Shown: in pieces, positions 23,443 to 32,299 of the stretch
Layout of the letters: each line of letters opens with the position of its first letter
Numbering within the stretch: the stretch's first letter is position 1
NCBI GenBank assembly: GCA_965228195.1
Contig: OZ245797.1
Coordinates: forward strand, 452,088 to 516,087
Direction of reading: 5' to 3'
Length of the DNA: 64,000 nucleotides
Source: Candidatus Cloacimonadales bacterium
Lineage (GTDB): Bacteria; Cloacimonadota; Cloacimonadia; G963667145
The notes under the pieces: model-generated
What the model was told of the DNA's origin: nothing
Seen by the model: only the letters and a program-made list of their open reading frames with translations
The model's database searches: none
Translations under genes and position numbers: made by a program

Positions 23443-24024
23443 TTACTCCTTATTGTTTAACTCTGAGTGCCTGAAGCAGTCAACCGTGTGATCGTTCACC
23501 ATGCCCACGGCTTGCATAAAGGCGTAACAGATGGTCGGTCCAACGAAGCTAAAGCCGTTTTTTTTCAAGCCAGCGCTCATCTTTTGCGACACCTTGGTAG
23601 AAACTGGTACATCCTCTTGCCTCTGCCATCTGTTTTGAATAGGCTCTCCAGCGACAAAGCCCCAGAGATAGGCGTCCAAACTGCCACAGCGCTCGACGAT
23701 TTTCAGAGCCGCTCGTGCGTTTTGCACAGCCGATTCGATTTTGCGACGATTACGGACAATGCCCTTGTCAGCCATTAGTTGCGCTATTTTTTGCTCGTCG
23801 TAGCGGGCAATTTTGTGAAAATCGAACTCGTCGAAAGCGAACCGATAGTTGGCTCTTTTCTTGAGAATTGTCAACCAACTGAGTCCCGCTTGCGCTCCTT
23901 CCAAGATTAGAAACTCGAAAAGCAATCTATCCTCGTGCTGCGGCACTCCCCACTGCTGGTCGTGATAATCTATGTAAAGCGGATCGTCCGTGCACCAAGC
24001 GCATCTTGTTTTTGCGCAGTTCAT
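23443..24024 (-). CDS. tag: DNA-3-methyladenine glycosylase I
   Basis: RCAW...YHD..WG, LEGAQAGLSW, FVGPTICYAFMQAVGMVNDH. Confidence 0.96.
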   Translation of the reverse strand: MNCAKTRCAWCTDDPLYIDYHDQQWGVPQHEDRLLFEFLILEGAQAGLSWLTILKKRANYRFAFDEFDFHKIARYDEQKIAQLMADKGIVRNRRKIESAVQNARAALKIVERCGSLDAYLWGFVAGEPIQNRWQRQEDVPVSTKVSQKMSAGLKKNGFSFVGPTICYAFMQAVGMVNDHTVDCFRHSELNNKE

Positions 24025-24386
24025 TCTACGGGCCTGTTAGATTTTCCAGATTTAGCCATCTCTTGGGCATATTTTTCCAAACCGACTTTTTTAATCCTGT
24101 CGATACAGCCCTTTCGGTCGGATTTGAAAAAAAGAGCAAAAAGTTTGGAGATCCAGTTGTTGAACTTCTTGCAGTCGTTGGGATTTACAAAATATTTGCA
24201 ATCTGCGCAAGTCGCATAACTATTTTCAAGACAGCAGGTTCTGAGTTTGCACCAAGTCGCCTTGGCATACTCGTGACAACCACTACATTTCCCACTCAAA
24301 TAGCGACGACAAGCTCCACAATACAAACCGCAGAAGGCGATGAGATTTTTATCAGACTTTATCTTTTCCATTATATCTCCTACCAT
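24021..24386 (-). CDS. DUF3795-like Cys-rich protein
   Basis: IAFCGLYCGAC...CSGC...CKLRTCC...CADC. Confidence 0.8.
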   Translation of the reverse strand: MVGDIMEKIKSDKNLIAFCGLYCGACRRYLSGKCSGCHEYAKATWCKLRTCCLENSYATCADCKYFVNPNDCKKFNNWISKLFALFFKSDRKGCIDRIKKVGLEKYAQEMAKSGKSNRPVE

Positions 24387-24562
24387 TTTTTCTCTTTTAT
24401 TTCGCCAAAAATCCCAAAACTGTCAAACAACGGTCATACAAATTTTATCAGTATATTTTATTGCTTTGCTGTTAGTTACAAATTTAGCAGCCAAAATAGA
24501 GTCTCAAAAATCAACAAACTGTCAAACAAATTTAAGCTTTTGCCCAATTTTTTCAAACTTAA

Positions 24563-26356
24563 TTATAGATTTTCATAATATTCTTTTATCTTTTGTGCCA
24601 TCAGTTTTCTTCTTTCGGATAAAAAGTGTTCATAATTGCCAAAATTCATTTCATGAATATTTTTTGGAATGCAATTTTCCTCCAAATTTTTCTCGAAATC
24701 TTCAATATTATCAATTCCGCCATATTTCAAATTCCCATCTACACATTGTTGACGAATCTCCCCTATATATTCTGCAGGTGACTTTTTGCCAACTTTAATG
24801 TTTATCTCTTGTTGCACATAAGCATAGTTGGCAATTTGATTATATTGTCCTTGAGTAAGCCCATTTTCTTTTAGAAATTGCTTTGGGAAAATATGATGAA
24901 CATCTCCTCTATGTTCCAACATTTGCTTTACACTTATATCACGAGATAAAAATCCTCTGTCATTTGCTTTAACTTGAGCAGCCCAAAATATGTTCAACGA
25001 TGGAGTATTTGACAAAGACCTTGTCAAGTTTTGAACCAATCCAAAATTCCAAAAAGAATCACTTAAATTTGCTTCTTCAATCCCTTCCAAAGATATTTTA
25101 ACACCTTTTTCATTTATTGATTTAATATCATAATCAAACATCGATTCAGGAGAACCAGAATATCTACCCAACAAAATACTCATAACAAACCAACGCTTAA
25201 CATATCTTTCAATTAGTGCGTCTTCAATTTTTTTTTCCTTTAAAAGCAGAAATAAAGCGTAAGCAAAATTTAAAGCATTTTGTGACCTAATTAATTTTGA
25301 ATTTATAAATCCTGCTGATTTAATTATCATTAAAAATCTTTTAAATAAAGTCTCTTTCATATAAATTAAAATTGATTCTTTTAATTTTGAAAAAGATTCT
25401 TCTGCAATCTTATCTTCAAAACTTCGTGTTTCAAAATTTCGACCAGACAAAGAGCTAACCAATTCACTCAATTTACCACGTTTAAATTTATAACAAAAGC
25501 AAACCCTTAACATATCATTGTAATCAGGATTATAAAGATTGTCATTTCCACCTTCAAGCCACTTCATCTTAGCAAAAAAATCGCTCTTGGCAAAACATTG
25601 ATCTCGTTCAATGATTTGTTCATAAAATTCAACTTTCTTAGAAATGTGGCAAAAATAATCTATAGCTTTTCTTAAAAAATCACCACCATAGTTCTCATTA
25701 GATGCAATTTTAGACATTGCAAAATCTGCCTGACTTAATACAACACCTTTTGAATTAATCCTAATAAAGATTTCTGTTACCGTTTCAATATCTAAATCGT
25801 GATTTAATTCTATCATACCAATAGGTCTTTGCAACATCGTTTTAAGTCCTTGAATACTTTTTTCTATCTCTGTCTCATTCGACTTAGAATTCATTTCAAA
25901 ATATTTTTTTACAAACCTGAGAGTAGAAAAATCTGGCTTAAGTATCACTGAAATATCAGGGATCCATTCCCTATTGTTCTTAATTGCAGGATTTAAAACT
26001 TCAAACTTTTTCTTCACTGGATGAAAAGAAATTTGAATTTTAACTTTTTCATAAGATTCATCAATCACGGGTTCACCCACAAGAGCAGCTGTCAAAGCTG
26101 TAATCCTCTGTTGCCCGTCTATAAGCACTTTTTTACCCATAGACAAAGAGCCGTCTTTTAATTTAACATCGGGATTACGCCAAGAAATAATATAGCCTAC
26201 TGGATATCCTTGATACAAACTGTCCATCAAATCTCTAACTTTTGTTCTACTCCAAACAAAAGGTCTTTGAATTTCAGGAATAGCGATCTCTTTCGACTTC
26301 ACCCAACCAACTATATTCTCAACAGTATATTGATTTACCAAATATTTTTGCACCAT
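24563..26356 (-). CDS. DUF262 + C-terminal HNH-like domain protein (GmrSD-like)
   Basis: IPEIQRPFVW, DGQQR, FIRINS (DUF262); DVHHIFPK...NQIAN (HNH/DUF1524-like). Confidence 0.88.
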   Translation of the reverse strand: MVQKYLVNQYTVENIVGWVKSKEIAIPEIQRPFVWSRTKVRDLMDSLYQGYPVGYIISWRNPDVKLKDGSLSMGKKVLIDGQQRITALTAALVGEPVIDESYEKVKIQISFHPVKKKFEVLNPAIKNNREWIPDISVILKPDFSTLRFVKKYFEMNSKSNETEIEKSIQGLKTMLQRPIGMIELNHDLDIETVTEIFIRINSKGVVLSQADFAMSKIASNENYGGDFLRKAIDYFCHISKKVEFYEQIIERDQCFAKSDFFAKMKWLEGGNDNLYNPDYNDMLRVCFCYKFKRGKLSELVSSLSGRNFETRSFEDKIAEESFSKLKESILIYMKETLFKRFLMIIKSAGFINSKLIRSQNALNFAYALFLLLKEKKIEDALIERYVKRWFVMSILLGRYSGSPESMFDYDIKSINEKGVKISLEGIEEANLSDSFWNFGLVQNLTRSLSNTPSLNIFWAAQVKANDRGFLSRDISVKQMLEHRGDVHHIFPKQFLKENGLTQGQYNQIANYAYVQQEINIKVGKKSPAEYIGEIRQQCVDGNLKYGGIDNIEDFEKNLEENCIPKNIHEMNFGNYEHFLSERRKLMAQKIKEYYENL

Positions 26357-26423
26357 CGTCTCCTAAATCTAAAATCTTTATTCTTCCAAGTTTATACATC
26401 TTAGTTACATTTTTTTAATCCGC

Positions 26424-26554
26424 TTATTTCCCCTTCTCAAGCTCCAGCCGCTCTGCCAGAAACTCGAAAAGCAATCTATCCTCGTGCTGCGGCACTCCCC
26501 ACTGCTGGTCGTGATAATCTATGTAAAGTGGGTCTTCCGTGCACCAAGCGCATC
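26424..26554 (-). pseudogene. Chimeric scar: tag 5' fragment fused in frame to uvrA 3' end
   Basis: 26458-26554 matches tag 23909-24005 (94/97); 26425-26464 matches uvrA 27591-27630 (39/40). Confidence 0.92.
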
Positions 26555-26561
26555 ATAACTG

Positions 26562-27566
26562 TTACTCATTACTTTTTCTTTTTGCAAGCTCCTTCAAATC
26601 GTTCTCCAACTCTTTAAAACTTGCCTCTTTTTCTATCAACTTTTGCTTCTTTTTGAATTTATCAAACTCCTCGCCTGCTTTATCCAAAGCCAATTTGTGA
26701 CTTATACTCCCCGCATTATCCAGCAATTCTCTTCCATTCATCTGCAAAATTACATCAAGCCTTTTAATCCAATCATCCATATACATTGGATTGTGCTGTG
26801 CCGCCATTGTCTGAGCAAAAGCCAAATATTGCTCTACTATCAACCCTAGCAACTCCATCTCTTTTTCGTTCAAATAGTTCTTAGCTATACTCACTTCTGA
26901 CTTTTTTACACCCGCTAAAGTATCTTTATCATACGACAACATACCCAATAATGGCGCCGAAGCGTCCACTCTATTATACACCAACTCGGCAGCCGTTTGT
27001 TTACTAATTGCCCAAAGCAACTTATTTTGCACGACTTTAAAAAACTGGATTGTCTTTTCAGATTTTGGATTATAATCGATACTTGTGGTATAAATATCTT
27101 TGATTTTTTGATAAAAAAACTTTTCAGAAAGACGAATTTTCCTGATTCTATCTTGAAGTTCATTAAAATAGTTCATAGAAGAGCCAGAACTAAATCGCTC
27201 ATCATCCAGCAAAAAACCTTTGGTAATAAAATCACGCAATCTCTTGGTCGCCCAAATTCTAAACTGAGTACCTTGCAAAGATTTTACTCTATAACCAACC
27301 GAAATAATAACATCAAGATTGTAATAAGCTATATTGTATATTTTCCCATCTGTTGCAGTTGTCCGGAAATTCCGGACAACCACTTTTTTTTGCAACTCTT
27401 GTTCTTTAAAAATATTGGAGATATGCTCAGAAATAGTCTTTTTACTTTTACCAAATAACAAGCCCATCTGAGCCTGATTAAGCCAAACAGTCTCATCTTC
27501 AAAACGGACATCTACCTTAATGTCGCCACTCTGATTTTGATAAATTAAAATTTCGCCTTTATTCAT
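26562..27566 (-). CDS. RhuM-family (virulence RhuM) protein
   Basis: ETVWLNQ...YNLDVIISVGYRVKS..GTQFRIWAT...IRLSEK.FYQK...VQNKL...AKNYL. Confidence 0.9.
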   Translation of the reverse strand: MNKGEILIYQNQSGDIKVDVRFEDETVWLNQAQMGLLFGKSKKTISEHISNIFKEQELQKKVVVRNFRTTATDGKIYNIAYYNLDVIISVGYRVKSLQGTQFRIWATKRLRDFITKGFLLDDERFSSGSSMNYFNELQDRIRKIRLSEKFFYQKIKDIYTTSIDYNPKSEKTIQFFKVVQNKLLWAISKQTAAELVYNRVDASAPLLGMLSYDKDTLAGVKKSEVSIAKNYLNEKEMELLGLIVEQYLAFAQTMAAQHNPMYMDDWIKRLDVILQMNGRELLDNAGSISHKLALDKAGEEFDKFKKKQKLIEKEASFKELENDLKELAKRKSNE

Positions 27567-27589
27567 TTTTCCAACTCAAACCTAAAAAA

Positions 27590-30427
27590 CTATTTCCCCT
27601 TCTCAAGCTCCAACCGCTCTGCCAGAAACTGTCCTGTAAAGCTTTCTTTGCAAGCGGCAACCTGCTCGACGGTGCCGACAGCCACCACCTGCCCGCCGCC
27701 GTCTCCACCGTCTGGACCCAGGTCGATGATGTAGTCGCTGGCAGCGATGACATCCAGATTATGCTCGATGACGATTATGGTGTTGCCCATATCCACCAAG
27801 CGGTAAAGCACCTGCAACAGCTTGTTGATATCCTCAAAATGTAGCCCCGTGGTCGGCTCATCCAAGAGGTAGAGCGTTTTCCCGGTGGAAGTTTTGGAAA
27901 GTTCTCGGGCGAGCTTTATCCGTTGCGCCTCACCGCCGGAGAGCGTCGTGGAAGATTGCCCTAGCTTGACATAATCTAGCCCGACATCCACCAGCGTCTG
28001 CAACTTGGTGCGAATCGCAGGAATATTCTCAAATAACTCCAACGCCTTGGAAATCTCCAAATCCAACACATCGGCGATGCTATAATCTTTGTATTTCACA
28101 CTCAAGGTTTGCTCGTTGTAGCGCTTGCCATGGCAGACACTACACGGCACAAAAACATCGGGCAAGAAGTGCATCTCTATTTGCTTTAATCCGTTACCGC
28201 CGCAAGCCTCACAGCGTCCGCCTTTCACATTAAACGAAAATCTGCCCGCATTGAAGCCGTGCAGTTTGGCAGCGGGGAGCGAAGCAAAAAGTTTGCGGAT
28301 CTCGTCGAAAACTTTGATGTAAGTGGCAGGATTGGATCGTGGCGTCCTGCCGATGGGCGTTTGGTCGATGTTGATCACCTTATCAAAATGCTTTTCGCCC
28401 GTGATCTTTTGGTGCTTGCCCACAGGATACTTGCTGCGATTGATTTTATTAGCCAGATAAGGGTAAACAATCTGGTTGACCAGCGACGACTTGCCTCCGC
28501 CAGACACCCCCGTCACACAGTTGAACAGCCCCACAGGGAAATCCACATCGATCTTTTTGAGGTTGTTTTGCTCGGCGCCATAAACTCGCAGCAGCTGCCT
28601 TCCTTTCTTGCGCTTGCGCGAAGGCACTTCGATCTTCTTGACGCCACACAGATACTGTCCAGTGAGCGACTCGGGGTTTGCCATAATCTGGGCGACACTG
28701 CCCTGAGCGACAACCTGACCTCCACGACAACCTGCCAGCGGGCCAAAATCGATCACTTGGTCGCTACTCTCCATCATCTCCTGATCGTGCTCCACCACCA
28801 AGACGGTGTTACCCAAATTTTTCAGGCGCTGCAGCATCCTGATAAGAGAGCGATTGTCCCGCTGGTGCAAACCAATCGACGGCTCGTCAAGAATATACAT
28901 CACCCCCACCAGTCCACTACCTATCTGGCTAGCGAGCCTGATGCGCTGGGCTTCACCACCCGAGAGGGTCGGGGCAGAACGATCAAGATTAAGGTAGTGT
29001 AAACCAACCTCCCGCAAAAATGTGAGGCGGTCGATTATCTCTTTGAGAATCTCGGTGGCAATTTGCCGAGCTTCGCCTTGCAGTTGCAGGTTTTGAAAAT
29101 AGTGCAAAGCTTTGGCAACGGACATCTGGACAATTTGGTCGATGCTGTGAGAGTCCACCAACACCGCAAGACTCTTGGGGTTTAGCTTCTTCCCTTGGCA
29201 ATGCGGACAAACCTCTTCGCCCATAAAGCTCAGATAGTATTTGCGCATATAAGACGAGCCCGTGCTCTTGAGCCGCCGCGACAACATCGGCACCACACCC
29301 TCAAAGCCGCTATCAAAGTTGTATTCGCCGCGCCGCGAGCTCCACACCACGTTCACAGGCGACTTATGACCATACAAAATCGCCTCTTTCACCTTGTCAG
29401 GCAAATTTTTCCAGGGAGTTCTCAAGCTAAAATCGAGATTTTTAGAAAGTCCTCTCACCAGCTGATACTCCAAGCTGTCGGTCTTTTCACTCAACTCTTT
29501 CCAAGGCTTGACCGCACCGTCCCAAAGAGAAAGTTTTTCGTCAGGCACAATCTTCTTAGGTTCAAAATCGAACAAAATCCCCAGACCATTGCAGTGTTCA
29601 CACATACCCACGGGGCTGTTAAAAGAGAAAGATTGCGGCGACAAATCGTCGAAACCCACTCCACAATCGGGACAAGAGTTTTTTTCGGACAACATCTCTT
29701 GTTGGTTGCTCTCGGGGTAATCCACCTTGATAAATCCACCGCTGAGCCGCAAAGCGGTCTCGATGGAGTCTGCCAATCGTGAACGAATCTCGTCTTTGAG
29801 GACAAGCCGATCCACCACCACATCGATGGTGTGCTTGCTTTTCTTGTCCAGCTCGATATCTTCCGAAAGTTCCCTGAGCTTGCCGTTGATCATAATGCGG
29901 GCAAAACCTTCTTTGCGAACCTCATCGATCTCCTTGGTGTGCGTCCCTTTGCGGTTTTTCACCAGCGGAGCCAATATCTGCAACTTCGTCCCTTGCGGTC
30001 GCTTGTAAATATGCTCCACGATCTGATCCACCGACTGACTGCCCACGGGCTTGCCGCAAAGATGGCAGTGCTGTTTGCCCACGCGTGCAAAAAGAAGACG
30101 CAAGTAGTCGTAAATCTCAGTGATCGTCCCCACGGTGGAACGAGGATTTTTGGACGCCGTCTTTTGCTCGATGGAGATGGCAGGCGACAACCCCTCGATA
30201 TAATCGACATTAGGCTTCTCCATCTGCCCCAGAAACTGCCTCGCGTAACTAGAGAGGCTCTCCACATAGCGCCTTTGCCCCTCGGCATAGAGCGTGTCGA
30301 ACGCCAAAGAAGATTTGCCCGAACCAGAAACCCCGGTGAACACCACCAACGAGTCTCGGGGAATCGTCAAATCCACACTCTTAAGATTGTGCTCTGCGGC
30401 ACCTTTCACGATAATTTTGTCTTTCAT
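27590..30427 (-). CDS. uvrA: Excinuclease ABC subunit A
   Basis: Two Walker A (GVSGSGKS, GVSGGGKS), two LSGGEAQR, zinc fingers. Confidence 0.98.
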   Translation of the reverse strand: MKDKIIVKGAAEHNLKSVDLTIPRDSLVVFTGVSGSGKSSLAFDTLYAEGQRRYVESLSSYARQFLGQMEKPNVDYIEGLSPAISIEQKTASKNPRSTVGTITEIYDYLRLLFARVGKQHCHLCGKPVGSQSVDQIVEHIYKRPQGTKLQILAPLVKNRKGTHTKEIDEVRKEGFARIMINGKLRELSEDIELDKKSKHTIDVVVDRLVLKDEIRSRLADSIETALRLSGGFIKVDYPESNQQEMLSEKNSCPDCGVGFDDLSPQSFSFNSPVGMCEHCNGLGILFDFEPKKIVPDEKLSLWDGAVKPWKELSEKTDSLEYQLVRGLSKNLDFSLRTPWKNLPDKVKEAILYGHKSPVNVVWSSRRGEYNFDSGFEGVVPMLSRRLKSTGSSYMRKYYLSFMGEEVCPHCQGKKLNPKSLAVLVDSHSIDQIVQMSVAKALHYFQNLQLQGEARQIATEILKEIIDRLTFLREVGLHYLNLDRSAPTLSGGEAQRIRLASQIGSGLVGVMYILDEPSIGLHQRDNRSLIRMLQRLKNLGNTVLVVEHDQEMMESSDQVIDFGPLAGCRGGQVVAQGSVAQIMANPESLTGQYLCGVKKIEVPSRKRKKGRQLLRVYGAEQNNLKKIDVDFPVGLFNCVTGVSGGGKSSLVNQIVYPYLANKINRSKYPVGKHQKITGEKHFDKVINIDQTPIGRTPRSNPATYIKVFDEIRKLFASLPAAKLHGFNAGRFSFNVKGGRCEACGGNGLKQIEMHFLPDVFVPCSVCHGKRYNEQTLSVKYKDYSIADVLDLEISKALELFENIPAIRTKLQTLVDVGLDYVKLGQSSTTLSGGEAQRIKLARELSKTSTGKTLYLLDEPTTGLHFEDINKLLQVLYRLVDMGNTIIVIEHNLDVIAASDYIIDLGPDGGDGGGQVVAVGTVEQVAACKESFTGQFLAERLELEKGK

Positions 30428-30545
30428 AACTCCATCCAAAAAAAATTCTTAAAAAATCATATCACCAAGCCAAACATTGCGACCTGCGCGAATATATAAC
30501 TATTTGCTCTTACTGGCAACCAAGCACCGTTATCGCTCGTTCCAT

Positions 30546-31187
30546 CTAAACATACACCGAATATTTTTTCTCCAAGCGAGCGAAAACATTGACGATCACC
30601 GAGGTGAAAACCAGATACAAAGCCGCTGCCAGCAAAAACGGCAAGATGTTAAAATCACGCGAAAATATCTCCTTGGCAGATCGCAAAAGGTCTCCCATAC
30701 CGATCACCGCTACCAAAGCCGTATCTTTGACCAAAGTTATAGACTCGTTGCAGGTTGCGGGCAAAACCCGCCGGACTGTCTGTGGCAAGATCACCTTGCC
30801 CATCATCTGCCAATAGCTCATCCCCAGCGCTTTGGAAACCTCGTATTGCCCTTTGTCGATCGACTGGATGCCACCACGATAAATCTCGGTGAAGTAAGCC
30901 GCATAGTTAAAAACATAGGTGATGACCGCTGCCGTAAAAGGCGTGAGGCTGATGCCGAAGATAGAAAGACCAAAATAGACGAAAAAGAGTTGCAAAAGCA
31001 AAGGCGTGCCTCGCACAGCCCAAGTATAAAACCCGATCAACCTTGCCGGCACTTTGCCCAGAGAAAGCTTACCCAAAGCAAACAAAATCCCTAAAGGGAT
31101 AGAAAAAATCACCGTCACCGCATACAAACTCAGTGTTATACCACACCCTTTAATCAAATACAAAAATGTATCAAACAAATACTCCAA
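30546..31187 (-). CDS. Polar amino-acid ABC transporter permease
   Basis: RGTPLLLQ, AAYFTEIYRGGI..IDKGQ.E motifs. Confidence 0.92.
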   Translation of the reverse strand: MEYLFDTFLYLIKGCGITLSLYAVTVIFSIPLGILFALGKLSLGKVPARLIGFYTWAVRGTPLLLQLFFVYFGLSIFGISLTPFTAAVITYVFNYAAYFTEIYRGGIQSIDKGQYEVSKALGMSYWQMMGKVILPQTVRRVLPATCNESITLVKDTALVAVIGMGDLLRSAKEIFSRDFNILPFLLAAALYLVFTSVIVNVFARLEKKYSVYV

Positions 31188-31284
31188 AACAACTCCTTTT
31201 TCAACAAAATTACCACAAAAAAAACCGCCTACTCACTTCCGAACAAGTCAGAAACAAAATAGGCGGTCGTCAATAAAAATCGGT

Positions 31285-32070
31285 TTATTTCAAAACTACC
31301 GACTCGCCAAACCATTTTCGCGAAATCGCATCGGCAGTGCCGTCTTGTTTCAACTCGTCGATGGCGTCGCTAAGATTTTTAACCAGCTTCTCATCGACCT
31401 TTCTCATCCCCACGCCATACTCCTCTTGACCCAAATTTTCCTCTAGCACCAGATAAAGCTCAGGCTTTTTGGCGATGTAGTAGCGTCCGACGATCTCGTC
31501 CACCACCACCGCATCTATCCTGCCGGCTGCCAGATCCATCAAAGCCTCAGTGTTGTTGCTATACTTCCTCTCATCTTTAATAGTGGCGAACACCGCTTGG
31601 TTACCGTGCAAAGCTTTTTGACTGGAAGAGCCCAGTTGCAGACCAACCACTTTGTCTTGCAAGTCGGCAAGCGTCTTAATCTGGGAGCCGGCTGACACCA
31701 CCACGATTTGCCTGTTAGCCATGTAGGCAGGCGAAAAAGCTATCCGCTGCTTGCGCTCATCGGTGATAGTCAACCCGTTCCAGATCACATCGATATCTCC
31801 CTTGTTCAGTGACATAACGATGCCGTCCCAATCCACAGGCTTAAACTCGGCTTGCAAACCAAGCTTGGCCGCGGCAGCCTTCGCCAGATCTATATCAAAT
31901 CCGACAATCTCACCGTCTTCGCCACGAAAGCCCATCGGAGGGAAGTTGTCGTCCAACCCTACCACGATTACGCCCGCTCTCTTAATCTTCTTCCATCCAT
32001 CTTTGCCCTCTCCACATCCGATTGTGAAAAGCAAACTCGCCAACAATAGAACTCCTAAAATCTTTTTCAT
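31285..32070 (-). CDS. Amino-acid ABC transporter substrate-binding lipoprotein
   Basis: Lipobox FTIGC; FPPMGF, GFDIDLA, TITDER motifs. Confidence 0.92.
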   Translation of the reverse strand: MKKILGVLLLASLLFTIGCGEGKDGWKKIKRAGVIVVGLDDNFPPMGFRGEDGEIVGFDIDLAKAAAAKLGLQAEFKPVDWDGIVMSLNKGDIDVIWNGLTITDERKQRIAFSPAYMANRQIVVVSAGSQIKTLADLQDKVVGLQLGSSSQKALHGNQAVFATIKDERKYSNNTEALMDLAAGRIDAVVVDEIVGRYYIAKKPELYLVLEENLGQEEYGVGMRKVDEKLVKNLSDAIDELKQDGTADAISRKWFGESVVLK

Positions 32071-32299
32071 CTCTTCTTTACTCCTTATTTTTTGTTTTTT
32101 TTTGATTCGATTGTGCAAGACAACTTTAGAAAGCTTGCAAAAATGAGTCAATTCTTAAAACCAAAAAATTAGACCAATCTGACCAATATCTCTGAGGCGG
32201 CAACGAAGATTAAAAAAAGAAATACCTTTTTTTTTGCTTGACTTTAAAGTAAACCTTTCCACTATTTGCTAAAAGATAGATCAAAAAGCGAGGCAAATT

